64,000 bases of DNA from positions 7,484-71,483 of the forward strand of contig CAYOTK010000005.1 of assembly GCA_964406895.1 (NCBI GenBank), read 5' to 3'. How positions within the stretch are numbered: the stretch's first letter is position 1; every line of letters starts with the position of its first letter. A program made the position numbers and the translations under genes. Of this stretch, positions 9,824 through 19,883 are shown piece after piece. The notes beneath the pieces are model-generated. The model saw only the letters and a list, made by a program, of their open reading frames with translations. It was not told where the DNA came from and made no database searches. This DNA comes from an uncultured Candidatus Saccharibacteria bacterium. GTDB lineage: Bacteria; Patescibacteriota; Minisyncoccia; Phycocordibacterales; PALSA-1337.

Positions 9824-10867
9824 ATGAAAGTATTGTATTTGTTTAGTAATTACAGAAAAGATCATGTAGATAAGTTTCAAAAGGGACTAATAAGTGACAA
9901 TGCTTTTTTTGGTTTATTCAGACTAAAAAATTTCAATATTGAAACATCTTATTTTGAAATAGAGGATTTTTTACCAAAACGTTTGTGCTCTTTTTTAAGA
10001 AAATATGTCAGTGTTTACGTTATCAACTTATTTGCCTTTGCAAAAATAATTCGTACGGATTTTGTTATTCATGTTAATTCTTTTGTTACGCAAATGGTTT
10101 TTGTATTCCTGCCTTTTGTTAGTCCTAAATGGGTAATATATGATTATAGTTTAACCGGACTTTTGAAAAACAGTCGAAGTTATAAGCAGAAAATTTTGAA
10201 ATGGATAGTTTCGAAAAGTTCTGGAATAATAACTCTCTGTGAAGAAGAAAAAAGAAGACTTGAAAATATTTTTCCTCATTTGATAGGGAAGATTAAGTTT
10301 ATTCGTTACGGTGTAGATACCAAATTTTTTGAACCCCTAAAAGTGGAAGAAGAAGATTATGTCCTTTCGATAGGGCATGATATGGGGCGAGATTATCAGA
10401 CGTTATTTGAAGCAATGAAGGGTCTGAATACAAAATTGATAATAACAGATCAAAAAAGAGCAAAGAAAATGTCTGTAATTCCTGCTTTTGTTCAGGTGAA
10501 GAATTTTTCTGAACAAGAACTTAGAACGGCTTATGCAAGGGCCAAAGTTATAGTTATTCCACTCAACACATCTGGAGGTTTCAATGATGCTATGGGTTGT
10601 TCTACGCTCGTGGAGGCTTTCTCTATGGGCAAGCCTGTTATAATTACGAGAACTTTTACGACTGAATCTTATGTTGAAAATGGTGTAAATGCTTTGCTTG
10701 TAGGACAAGGAAATGTTTCTGAATTAAGAAGCAAGCTTGTATATTTATTGAATAATGACGAGATCAGGCGTAAATTAGGTACAGAGGCAAGGAGGTATGC
10801 GATAGAAAAATGTGAATCAAATCTGATAGCAAGAGATATGGCGCAGTTCTTCAAAAAAATGATATAG
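9824..10867 (+). CDS. Glycosyltransferase family 1 (GT4-like)
   Basis: …STLVEAFSMGKPVIITR…ENGVNALLV is a GT1/GT4 C-terminal motif. Confidence 0.55.
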   Translation: MKVLYLFSNYRKDHVDKFQKGLISDNAFFGLFRLKNFNIETSYFEIEDFLPKRLCSFLRKYVSVYVINLFAFAKIIRTDFVIHVNSFVTQMVFVFLPFVSPKWVIYDYSLTGLLKNSRSYKQKILKWIVSKSSGIITLCEEEKRRLENIFPHLIGKIKFIRYGVDTKFFEPLKVEEEDYVLSIGHDMGRDYQTLFEAMKGLNTKLIITDQKRAKKMSVIPAFVQVKNFSEQELRTAYARAKVIVIPLNTSGGFNDAMGCSTLVEAFSMGKPVIITRTFTTESYVENGVNALLVGQGNVSELRSKLVYLLNNDEIRRKLGTEARRYAIEKCESNLIARDMAQFFKKMI

Positions 10868-10878
10868 TTGAAACTATC

Positions 10879-11520
10879 ATGATTCAGTCATTGTTAAGAA
10901 TTGAAGAAACAAAAGCCTTGTCTCGACTTGAATTAAACGGGAAGATATTGGATTTGGGTGGTGAGAAAAATGCCTATTATCATAGAATAATACAGGGTAA
11001 ACATAATTTTTTTGTAGTAAATTTGGACATGAAGACTAAACCAGATCTTTTCTATGACCTAGAGAAAAATTTGCCTTTTAAGGAGGGTGAATATGAACAT
11101 GTTATTATCATGAATGTCTTGGAGCATGTTTATAATTTCAAGAAATTAATCGATGAATCATATAGAATTGTAGAAATAGGGGGGACAATTGTTGTTGTGG
11201 TCCCTTTCTTATTTCCATTTCACGCTTCACCTCGAGATTTTTTTCGCTATACTGAAACTTCTTTAAAACAAATATTAATAGATTCTGGATTCAAGGATAT
11301 AAATGTGAAGGCTCTTGGGTCGGGTATTTTCTCTATTTCTTTATTGTGTTTTGATAGATTGATGCCTTATCCGTTGCGTTTTATTAATTATTATGTGACT
11401 AGACACATCGTTTATTTTTTTGATTTTATTTTCGATAAAGCCGCTTATTTCATGCGGAAGAAATACAAAAAAACTGACTACGCTCTGGGTTATTTTGTTA
11501 CTGCAAAAAAAGTTTTATGA
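10879..11520 (+). CDS. Class I SAM-dependent methyltransferase
   Basis: ILDLGGEKNAYY is motif I and VIIMNVLEHV is the post-I motif. The fold is type 11/12-like. Confidence 0.5.
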   Translation: MIQSLLRIEETKALSRLELNGKILDLGGEKNAYYHRIIQGKHNFFVVNLDMKTKPDLFYDLEKNLPFKEGEYEHVIIMNVLEHVYNFKKLIDESYRIVEIGGTIVVVVPFLFPFHASPRDFFRYTETSLKQILIDSGFKDINVKALGSGIFSISLLCFDRLMPYPLRFINYYVTRHIVYFFDFIFDKAAYFMRKKYKKTDYALGYFVTAKKVL

Positions 11521-12362
11521 ATATCAAAAATATAGTAAAAAAAATTACACCCGCACCTATATGGAATTTTTTGCGTCACTACAAAGCTATAATTTTTGAT
11601 CGACTATCAAATTTTGGTCATAGTGTTTGCAGTATCAAATATTGTGGATTTGATTTGTTTTATTTGCCAGGAGATCTCTTGGTAAAAAAAATCAGAAACA
11701 ATAAAATTTTCGAACAAAAAATGTGCGACAAAATTGAAAAGGAACTTCACAGTTCAAATTCGAATACATTTATGGATATCGGATCAAATATTGGCCTCAT
11801 AAGTCTCTATGTTAGTTCCAAAATAAAAAATATTAGTATATATGCTTTTGAGCCAGGACCAAATCAAAGTAAAATGTTTGAGAAAACTATTTTAAAAAAT
11901 AATTTAAATTCAATTTCTCTCTATAAAATTGCACTAGGAAATGAAGACAAATCAGTAACATTTGTGAGTCATTATTCTCCTGATTCTTCGGGTGACGGTT
12001 TGGTGGATACAGGGAGGGCTGGTCAACCTATTCCTGTATCTGTTCCCATGATGAGATTGGATACTTGGTGGAAAAAAAATAATGAACCTCAGATTGACGT
12101 AATGAAAATTGATACCGAAGGTTCAGAGCTTCTTATCTTGCAAGGCGCTATGGTCATGATACAAAGTACAAAACCTATTATTTATATAGAAATTGAACCG
12201 AAAAATATCAAAGTTTATCCATATACCAGAGATGATTTGTTTCTTTGGTTTCAGTACAATAATTATTCTTTATACACTTTAGACAATGAATTATGTACCC
12301 ACACAAACTTTGCATCCTTTATTGGGAAATATGATACATATATTGCACGTCCAAAACTATGA
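11517..12362 (+). CDS. FkbM-family methyltransferase
   Basis: FMDIGSNIGLISLYV … IYAFEPGP … VMKIDTEGSELLIL is the FkbM-family pattern. Confidence 0.55.
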   Translation: MNIKNIVKKITPAPIWNFLRHYKAIIFDRLSNFGHSVCSIKYCGFDLFYLPGDLLVKKIRNNKIFEQKMCDKIEKELHSSNSNTFMDIGSNIGLISLYVSSKIKNISIYAFEPGPNQSKMFEKTILKNNLNSISLYKIALGNEDKSVTFVSHYSPDSSGDGLVDTGRAGQPIPVSVPMMRLDTWWKKNNEPQIDVMKIDTEGSELLILQGAMVMIQSTKPIIYIEIEPKNIKVYPYTRDDLFLWFQYNNYSLYTLDNELCTHTNFASFIGKYDTYIARPKL

Positions 12363-13459
12363 AATTAATACAAATAACAGCCAAGAAATTTCCTGCTAAT
12401 ACCGCGGATCATATTTTTTTAAAGAAATCTGTTTACGCTTTTTCTAAACTACTGAATAAAGATTATCAATTTATATGTTTGAATTGTTATGACAATTCAT
12501 TTGAAAACATAAATTATATAAATATTGGGTCAACTTGGACTAGGGGAATTACATTTTATTTGTTCCTTTGGGTTCCGTATTTTATATTCAAAAACAAAAT
12601 ATATAATCAAGAGATTTGGTTTTATAGTAATGATTTATATATTTTATCTATTTTGATTTTTTGGAAGAAATTGTTTTCCATGAAATTTTGTATTGCTTCA
12701 GAGTGGCATATGCTTATCTCTAATTACTTAGATGGATATGTATCTAGGAATAGTGATAAGCTGATCACAACTACAAAACACTTGAAAAATATATTAATAA
12801 AAAGTTTTAATATAGAAAGTTCTAAAGTGCAAGAAATATATGGTGGTGTAGAAATCGATCCTTTTCAAAACCTCCGTAATACAAATATTTCAGGTATGCA
12901 AGATAAGACGTTGATCAAATTGGGTTACATCGGATATTACAAGACAATGGGTATGGAGAAAGGTCTGTCTACAATCATTGAGAGTCTTAAATATCTAGAC
13001 AAAAAAATTCATGCATATCTCGTGGGGGGTCGTAAAGATGAGATAGAGGGATATAAAATTTTGGCAGGAAAGATTGGGGTTCTTGATCGTGTCGAATTTA
13101 TTCCCACCGTAGAACAAAGCGAAATTCCAAAATATTTTGAAAATATGGATATCGTAATAATTCCATATCCAAACAAGAAACATTTTAGAGATTATGGATT
13201 ACCAATGAAGATTTATGAATATATGGCCAGTAAAAAAATAATTGTTTATTCGAAATTGCCTGTCATTGATGAATTACTTCACGACTGCGCAGTATCTTTT
13301 GAACCCGATAATTCACAAGATTTGGCAAATAAGATTGCTCAAATAATAAATAATAGGGAAAATTTTGATGTGCTTGTTGATAGGGCTTACGCCAAGGTTT
13401 TGAATTATTCGTGGGATAAAAGATCCGAGAATATCGTTAGATTTTTAGGAAAGATTTGA
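12359..13459 (+). CDS. Glycosyltransferase family 1 (GT4-like)
   Basis: It has GT-B C-terminal features (…IPYPNKKHFRDYGLPMKIYEYMASKKIIVYSKLP…). Confidence 0.5.
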   Translation: MKLIQITAKKFPANTADHIFLKKSVYAFSKLLNKDYQFICLNCYDNSFENINYINIGSTWTRGITFYLFLWVPYFIFKNKIYNQEIWFYSNDLYILSILIFWKKLFSMKFCIASEWHMLISNYLDGYVSRNSDKLITTTKHLKNILIKSFNIESSKVQEIYGGVEIDPFQNLRNTNISGMQDKTLIKLGYIGYYKTMGMEKGLSTIIESLKYLDKKIHAYLVGGRKDEIEGYKILAGKIGVLDRVEFIPTVEQSEIPKYFENMDIVIIPYPNKKHFRDYGLPMKIYEYMASKKIIVYSKLPVIDELLHDCAVSFEPDNSQDLANKIAQIINNRENFDVLVDRAYAKVLNYSWDKRSENIVRFLGKI

Positions 13460-15194
13460 TGAATATTTTTGCAATATCTATATAAGATTTTTTGCTATAC
13501 TCACTAAATATTTTTGATTTGCGGAATATTTGTGCCGAGATTTTAATTCTATTTGCATTTAAGCCGCATATGTTATACCAGCGCATATATAATATTTTTT
13601 TAAGACTTTTTGAAGAATATATTTTGCATGAATCATTTTTTTTCATTATGATTTCTAGCCAGTTCTTATGTTCAACGAGAAATTGCTCTATGGCGATTTC
13701 AGAAGGACAAATTATTGAATTGTGAACAAACATGTCGGATTCTTGTGGTTGTAGACCCAATTTTTCCAATTGTCGCTTTCTTATTTCGTTTACGGTGCTT
13801 TTTTTGTTTGCTTTGTTTTGAATCATTAGATTCGATTCATGTAATCTGTAATACAACAAAACACGTCTTATATTCGTTATTTTTCCCAACTCTGATATTC
13901 TCGTCCAGAGGTCGTAATCTTCTTCGATATATTGGCTTCTATAAAAAAGGTTGTTTTCGATCAAGAATGATTTTCTTATTATTACTGTTGGATGTGCTAT
14001 GCTCGTATTGAATAACAATTGCGCCTTTATATCTTCGGGATTACTAAGCAATTTGCTTTTATATGATTTGCTGTGACCAATGGTTTTGTAAAATGTTCCT
14101 GATATTGATATGTCCTTGTTTTTTTCCATGAATTCATATTGTTTCTCGAATCTTTGTGGTAATGAAATATCATCAGAATCCATTCTTGCTATATAATCGC
14201 CCTGGGATAATAATATGCCTTGATTTAGAGATTCTGCTATGCCTTTTTTTGTTTCATTTAGGATATATTTGATTCTTGGATCATCGTATGAGTTGATAAT
14301 ATTTTTACATTCGTCTGAGTCACTTTTGTCTTCGATTATGATGAATTCAAAATTTTTGAAGGTCTGATCGAGTATGCTGTCGATAGCTTGTTTTAAGTAT
14401 TTGCCATTTTTATACACAGGCATAATAACACTGATTTTCGGATCATTTATTATCTTTTTCCATGATTTGGGTATTAGATCTTTTTCGTCACGCTGATCGA
14501 CGAACCAATTCATGGGGGAAATAACAATTTTGTTTGGGTTTGGATTGAGCCATGCCGCCCACCAACTATAAGTACTGTTTGCAATGATATTATGTTTACA
14601 TTGCGACATTAGATAGTGCTCTTCAGTATCAGAAAATCCTTTACCAGAGACATACTCGAAATTGTCATGAATGTGGGGTTGAATATTTTCTTTTACCCAA
14701 TTTACGTCATCAGTGAATATAAATATTTTTATTTGTTTACTTTCGAGTTTTCTTTTTATTGTGTTTATTGATTCTATATAATAACTAGGCGACAAATTAT
14801 CATAAATTATTTTATGTTTTGTGGTTGTATAATCTGTTCTTCGTACATGAATTGAAACCGAAAGGGAAGACTTGATATCTTTATAAATGGGATATTTGTC
14901 CCAGTCTGTTTTTTTTGGAGACAATTCTCTGCGTATTTTATCTGATATTTGATCGAAATATTTCTCGCTTTGCCAGTACCCTTCCGAAATATTTTTTTCA
15001 TTGGAAATATGGTCTTTGACTATTTTAGCTTCGATATTGTATTGATCCAATAAGAATTTTCGATCGCTATTTTCTTTATTGTAATAACTTATGTCAAGAA
15101 ATAATGACTCCTTTCTTTCAAGACTAAAATATCGACCATATGCATATTGGAACATTTGATTTCCAAGACCGCCTTGAATTTTGATTTTACTCAT
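13437..15194 (-). CDS. Bifunctional glycosyltransferase: N-terminal GT11 (alpha-1,2-fucosyltransferase-like) fused to a C-terminal GT2 domain
   Basis: The N-terminus MSKIKIQGGLGNQMFQYAYGRYFS matches the GT11/FutC family start motif (GGLGNQMFQYA). The C-terminal half has ISVIMPVYKNGKYLKQAIDSILDQTF…FEFIIIEDKSDSD, a GT2 DxD-type domain. Confidence 0.6.
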   Translation of the reverse strand: MSKIKIQGGLGNQMFQYAYGRYFSLERKESLFLDISYYNKENSDRKFLLDQYNIEAKIVKDHISNEKNISEGYWQSEKYFDQISDKIRRELSPKKTDWDKYPIYKDIKSSLSVSIHVRRTDYTTTKHKIIYDNLSPSYYIESINTIKRKLESKQIKIFIFTDDVNWVKENIQPHIHDNFEYVSGKGFSDTEEHYLMSQCKHNIIANSTYSWWAAWLNPNPNKIVISPMNWFVDQRDEKDLIPKSWKKIINDPKISVIMPVYKNGKYLKQAIDSILDQTFKNFEFIIIEDKSDSDECKNIINSYDDPRIKYILNETKKGIAESLNQGILLSQGDYIARMDSDDISLPQRFEKQYEFMEKNKDISISGTFYKTIGHSKSYKSKLLSNPEDIKAQLLFNTSIAHPTVIIRKSFLIENNLFYRSQYIEEDYDLWTRISELGKITNIRRVLLYYRLHESNLMIQNKANKKSTVNEIRKRQLEKLGLQPQESDMFVHNSIICPSEIAIEQFLVEHKNWLEIIMKKNDSCKIYSSKSLKKILYMRWYNICGLNANRIKISAQIFRKSKIFSEYSKKSYIDIAKIFIKSFLKI

Positions 15195-15701
15195 TTATCT
15201 TTTTCTTATGAATTTTGCGGGAGTTCCGGCATATATACTATATTCAGGAACATCTGATGTTACGACACTATTTGCGCCGATTACTGAACCATTACCAATC
15301 TTTACTCCGTCTGTAATAGTACAATTTGCACCAATCCATACATCATTTCCTATATGTATTGGTCCTTTAGAAATATCTGTAGCAAATCTCATGGGTTTTT
15401 CTTTTTGATTTAGATTGTGGTTACCTGAAGCAATCATGCAGTGAGGGGCAATCATAACATTATCTCCAATATGTACTCCGCTGCCACCATATATGACCGT
15501 GAATGGGTTTATTTGAGTGTTTTTTCCAATAATAACTGGATTTCTATACGTTCTGATTATTACATATTCTTGGATTTCCGCTTTTTCTTTTATTGTTATT
15601 AGTTTCTTAACTTCCAAAATGGCTGTTTTATCAACAGTATAGGGCTTTTGGGGGAACCAAAAAAATAAGTATTTTTTAATTATGTTTTTAATTCTGTTCA
15701 T
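15195..15701 (-). CDS. Hexapeptide-repeat (LbH) sugar O-acetyltransferase
   Basis: It has repeated [LIV]-G-x-x-x-x-I hexapeptides (IGDNVMIAPHCMIASGNH…IGNDVWIGANCTITDGVKIGNGSVIGANSVV). Confidence 0.6.
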   Translation of the reverse strand: MNRIKNIIKKYLFFWFPQKPYTVDKTAILEVKKLITIKEKAEIQEYVIIRTYRNPVIIGKNTQINPFTVIYGGSGVHIGDNVMIAPHCMIASGNHNLNQKEKPMRFATDISKGPIHIGNDVWIGANCTITDGVKIGNGSVIGANSVVTSDVPEYSIYAGTPAKFIRKR

Positions 15702-16494
15702 TGATCAAATCAAGTAATCCTTGTTCCAAACTTATTTTTGGATGCCAGCCTTTCGGTTTGCCTTTTATTGTTACGAAATTTCTATCTACACCTTTTTGGT
15801 TACCGGGAACGACTTTTGCTTTTGTGTGTTTTGCAATTATATGTGCCAACTCTAACATTGATGTCCATTCGAAGTTTGTAAGATCGTATATTTTGCCTGT
15901 CATATTATTCTCGAAAAGATGATGTAATGCTTCGGAGACATCTCTTACATGTGTGAATTGTCTTCTTTCATTTCCAGAAGTCATCATTTTGATTTTACCG
16001 GTTGTTTTGGCTTGGTGAATAAAATCTGCCACCACATGGCTCTTCTCGTCTATTTTTTCTGATGCGCCATATATATTCCAAAGTCTTACACATATACCTT
16101 GTAGCTCTAGCGTCCATAATTCTCCAGTTCTTTTGAGAGCACCATATATAGTATCTGTTTCATCGGCTAATTGACTTGATACGAATACAAATGGTTTTTT
16201 GTGTTTTTGTATTTGTGTCATTACGTTTCTGAGTAAGTCAATGTTCCAATTGAGTTGCAGTAGTTGAGTCTCTTTTTTATAAAGATACTTTGCTCCACCG
16301 ACTTCCCAAGCGAGGAAATAGACTCTGTCATACTTGTTAAGTTTTAGATCCGCGAAGCGGGCATCTTCTTTCTTGCCTCTTTTGATATCGAAATGGGTAA
16401 CCTCTTCACCTTTTTCTTTCAAAAATTTACAGAGTGGTTTGCCCAAGAATCCTTCCGAACCGATTACAAGATTTTTTATTTTTTTATTATTCAT
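15688..16494 (-). CDS. NAD-dependent epimerase/dehydratase family (short SDR-type nucleotide-sugar enzyme)
   Basis: The N-terminus has the Rossmann motif NLVIGSEGFLGKPL. It is ~268 aa and lies in the glycan locus. Confidence 0.5.
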   Translation of the reverse strand: MNNKKIKNLVIGSEGFLGKPLCKFLKEKGEEVTHFDIKRGKKEDARFADLKLNKYDRVYFLAWEVGGAKYLYKKETQLLQLNWNIDLLRNVMTQIQKHKKPFVFVSSQLADETDTIYGALKRTGELWTLELQGICVRLWNIYGASEKIDEKSHVVADFIHQAKTTGKIKMMTSGNERRQFTHVRDVSEALHHLFENNMTGKIYDLTNFEWTSMLELAHIIAKHTKAKVVPGNQKGVDRNFVTIKGKPKGWHPKISLEQGLLDLINEQN

Positions 16495-17575
16495 TTTGTT
16501 TGCTTAGGTTGAGAGCTTTAATAATTGGTAAACAGAAATTCTCGGGAAGAAATTTCTTGTATTTTTCACTTTTCATGAATCGTTCTGCAGCCTGTAGGTA
16601 TTCATCATATCTCTTTTCATCTACACTTATCAAGTAATCAGCCAGTTCTTTGTCTGAGTTGAATTTCCGTCTGTCAACAAAGGTGTCAGTGTCTATATAG
16701 TCTTCGATATTACATGCTCCCCAATATATAGGAACAGCTCTTGCATGAAATGAGGTGAATATTTTATCGCAAACATATCCGTGTGCGTCAGATGTGTTTT
16801 CGTAGCATAAATTGAATTTATATCGTGATAGAATATCAAATTTATTATCTGCAAATCCTCTGTATGTTTTGTATTTCTTTACTAGGAAAGGGAATAGCTT
16901 TTGCATTCTAGTGGCAGGTTTATTCCACCTTGCTCCATAAAAATCAAAATCATTCGGGTAATATTTATCAAAATAGTCATAAGCTTTTCTTCTTGCAGTA
17001 TAAAGTTCGTATTTATAGTTTGAATATTTGTTAATTGACGCGCTTACAAGTAATTTCTTTTCATTAAATGGGATCGGTTTTTCTAACATCTTGTTACCTT
17101 CCATGGGAACGTAGAATTGTGTGAATCTTTTATCACCAAGAAGACTATCATCCCATGTCACCATTTTATCGAATTTTGACCACGTCTCTTCCGTATAATT
17201 ATCTTTTAATACCGTCTTTGGTTCCCACACTATGAGCAATAGTTTGTCTCTAAGTCCTGCTTTTATTGCTTCAGAATAGAGATCTCTTGTAACATTGATT
17301 GGATTGATTTTCATGCCAAATAATTTGCGTAAGGAGTTTTCTATTCTTTTTGAAATAGAAAGTGGTTTGTATAGACTGTCTGCGTTGTGGAATATTATTC
17401 CTGCGCAATTTTCCAAAGAATGATTATCTGCTGTAGAAAATTCATACCCTAAATCCTCGATGTTTTTCTTGAGATAATGCCAACCAGCAGAAAGATTATT
17501 TCGATCCATTACATTGAATATCTGATTGTTCATGAAAGCTCGACTTGAAAACTGAATTAGAACTTTCTTTTTCAT
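16487..17575 (-). CDS. GT10-family glycosyltransferase (alpha-1,3/4-fucosyltransferase-like)
   Basis: YKFNLCYENTSDAHGYVCDKIF matches the GT10 C-terminal motif (F-x-L-x-FENS…YVTEK). Confidence 0.5.
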   Translation of the reverse strand: MKKKVLIQFSSRAFMNNQIFNVMDRNNLSAGWHYLKKNIEDLGYEFSTADNHSLENCAGIIFHNADSLYKPLSISKRIENSLRKLFGMKINPINVTRDLYSEAIKAGLRDKLLLIVWEPKTVLKDNYTEETWSKFDKMVTWDDSLLGDKRFTQFYVPMEGNKMLEKPIPFNEKKLLVSASINKYSNYKYELYTARRKAYDYFDKYYPNDFDFYGARWNKPATRMQKLFPFLVKKYKTYRGFADNKFDILSRYKFNLCYENTSDAHGYVCDKIFTSFHARAVPIYWGACNIEDYIDTDTFVDRRKFNSDKELADYLISVDEKRYDEYLQAAERFMKSEKYKKFLPENFCLPIIKALNLSKQNE

Positions 17576-17579
17576 ATTG

Positions 17580-18842
17580 TTATGAAATTTGTATTGTTTG
17601 ATAATTCGGTATGATACCCATTACGCCCGTAGTATTGTCACTAAATATCCGTGTTTTTGGATTATTCTCGTCAATAATTTTGAAACTAATATTGCTGACC
17701 TTGTCTATTATATTAATTCCAGGATTATCTATGAGTATGTCCATGTCATAGTTTCCCACGTTAAATGTAAAAGCTGGAATTGAAATGCTGGTTTTATAGT
17801 GGCCTTTTTTGAAGTTTTTTAGCGTCCCAGAATAATCACTTTCATAAGTGTGAAGTATTTCATTTCCATTGCTTGAGAACATGAAACAAAGGGTCGCTTT
17901 GTTTATGTCGTTTATTACTTCAAAATCAATATCGATTTTGAAGTCTTTATATATCGGTATATCAGTAGTTGATTCATTGTGACATAATATTTGTGCTTGC
18001 TTTATGTATGCGTCTTTTTTGTTATTGTTTTCAAATTTTATCAGGGGATTTGAGTTTTTATTTTCTAGATAGAATTCAACGACCTTATCTGTTTCTCCAT
18101 ACATTACAATTTGACCTTTTTCGAGGAGAATGGTTTTTTTGCACAATTTCTGGATTGCATTCATGTTGTGACTAACGAAGATTATTGTTCTTCCTTCTTG
18201 TTTTGTTACTTCCTGCATTTTTCCTATACATTTTTTCTGGAATTCCACGTCTCCAACAGCAAGAACTTCATCAACAATCAAAATGTCTGGTTCCATATGT
18301 GCTGCCACAGAGAAAGCAAGTCTTACATACATTCCAGATGAATAATATTTTACAGGTGTATCCAAGAATTGACTTATTCCTGCAAACTCTACAATTTCAT
18401 CGAATTTTTTTATTATCTGATTTTTATGCATACCAAGAATGGCGCCGTTCAGGAAGATATTTTCTCTTCCGGTTAATTCGGGATGAAATCCCGTGCCTAC
18501 TTCGAGCAAACTTCCCACTACACCATTAAGAACAACTTCTCCTGTTGTTGGCGGAGTGATTTGAGATAGGATTTTGAGAAGAGTAGATTTGCCTGCGCCG
18601 TTTTTACCGATTACACCTATTACTTCGCCACGTTTTATTTCTAGATTAATATTTTTGAGGGCCCAATATTCTTCGGTTTTATTCATGCCTGTAATATCTC
18701 TAGTTTTGTTTATTACGAAACGAAAGGGGTTTCTCAATACAGATGAAAAAACATCTCTAAGAGCTATGTAGCCACCTTTTTGGTGGGTAATATGATATTT
18801 TTTGCCTATATTTTTTATGCTTATGATTGGGTCGTTTTGCAT
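17580..18842 (-). CDS. Polysaccharide ABC exporter ATP-binding protein (Wzt/TagH-like) with extended C-terminal domain
   Basis: Walker A is GKNGAGKSTLLKIL, the ABC signature is YSSGMYVRLAFSVAA and Walker B is ILIVDEVLAVGD. About 170 extra C-terminal residues follow the NBD. Confidence 0.7.
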   Translation of the reverse strand: MQNDPIISIKNIGKKYHITHQKGGYIALRDVFSSVLRNPFRFVINKTRDITGMNKTEEYWALKNINLEIKRGEVIGVIGKNGAGKSTLLKILSQITPPTTGEVVLNGVVGSLLEVGTGFHPELTGRENIFLNGAILGMHKNQIIKKFDEIVEFAGISQFLDTPVKYYSSGMYVRLAFSVAAHMEPDILIVDEVLAVGDVEFQKKCIGKMQEVTKQEGRTIIFVSHNMNAIQKLCKKTILLEKGQIVMYGETDKVVEFYLENKNSNPLIKFENNNKKDAYIKQAQILCHNESTTDIPIYKDFKIDIDFEVINDINKATLCFMFSSNGNEILHTYESDYSGTLKNFKKGHYKTSISIPAFTFNVGNYDMDILIDNPGINIIDKVSNISFKIIDENNPKTRIFSDNTTGVMGIIPNYQTIQIS

Positions 18843-18851
18843 GATGATATA

Positions 18852-19883
18852 TTACATTCTTTTTGCCTTTTTGAATATGACCTCTTTCTGAACCACAAAA
18901 TTGACAATATACAATATTGTTTCTGAAATTATTTTAGAAATATTTACAGGTATGCCCATTTTCCTACTAAGGATATATATTAATCCTGAAGACAATGCAC
19001 CAGAGATAATAACCAAGGTTATGTATTTAACGAATGTGCCTTTTTTCTCGCTATCAACGAATACTTTCTTGCTTACTAGACTGTAATTCACAAAAAGTGA
19101 AACACATCTTGAAGCATATGTTGATATTAGAATATTATTAATTAGTGGATACACTAATATGAAGACTAGAAAATCAACCAAGGCTGATAATAATGAAGAA
19201 ATTGTATATCTGAAAATGACAAAATATATTTTGAGAGAGTCCAGTAGAGGATTGAAATGAGAGGAAGAATTATTGTCCTTATATATTGTTTCGATCGAAA
19301 TCTCTTTTATTTTGATATTATTCTTAGAACATTTGAGTAACATTTCTGTTTCGAATTCATAGCCATTATATGGTATGTCTAGAAAATGTTTTAGATGCGA
19401 TACTTGGAAACCTCTCAATCCTGATTGTGTGTCTGATATTTTGACTTTATATATATACCTGAATATGTTTCTGGTTAAGATATTTCCGATTTTGCTCCTG
19501 AATGGAACTTCTTTACCGAAAGTTCTAGAACCTAGAAAAAGAGAATTCTCATCTTCTTTCATATATTCAATGATTTTTTTAACGTCGTTTTCATGATGTT
19601 GACCATCAGCATCGGCGGTTATAATTTTGTTCACGTCAGGGAAATTGCTGAGGGCATATTTGAATCCTGTTTTTAGGGCTGCGCCCTTGCCTTTATTTAC
19701 TTCATGATTGACTACAAACACATTCTGAAATCTTCTTACGTGGTCAAACATTTTGTCGAAGTCATGACCACTACCATCATTGATTATAAGAACTGCTTCA
19801 TTAGAGATTTGTCTCAAACGAGACATGAATGTGATCATGTCTTCGCTTGGTTTGTATGCAGGAATAAGTATTAAAGATTTCAT
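18852..19883 (-). CDS. GT2 glycosyltransferase fused to a C-terminal GtrA-like membrane domain (polyprenol-phosphate sugar synthase / Ppm1-DPM1-like)
   Basis: The N-terminal GT2 fold has LILIPAYKPSEDMI…ADADGQHH (DxD). The C-terminus has ~4 TM helices. Confidence 0.55.
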   Translation of the reverse strand: MKSLILIPAYKPSEDMITFMSRLRQISNEAVLIINDGSGHDFDKMFDHVRRFQNVFVVNHEVNKGKGAALKTGFKYALSNFPDVNKIITADADGQHHENDVKKIIEYMKEDENSLFLGSRTFGKEVPFRSKIGNILTRNIFRYIYKVKISDTQSGLRGFQVSHLKHFLDIPYNGYEFETEMLLKCSKNNIKIKEISIETIYKDNNSSSHFNPLLDSLKIYFVIFRYTISSLLSALVDFLVFILVYPLINNILISTYASRCVSLFVNYSLVSKKVFVDSEKKGTFVKYITLVIISGALSSGLIYILSRKMGIPVNISKIISETILYIVNFVVQKEVIFKKAKRM

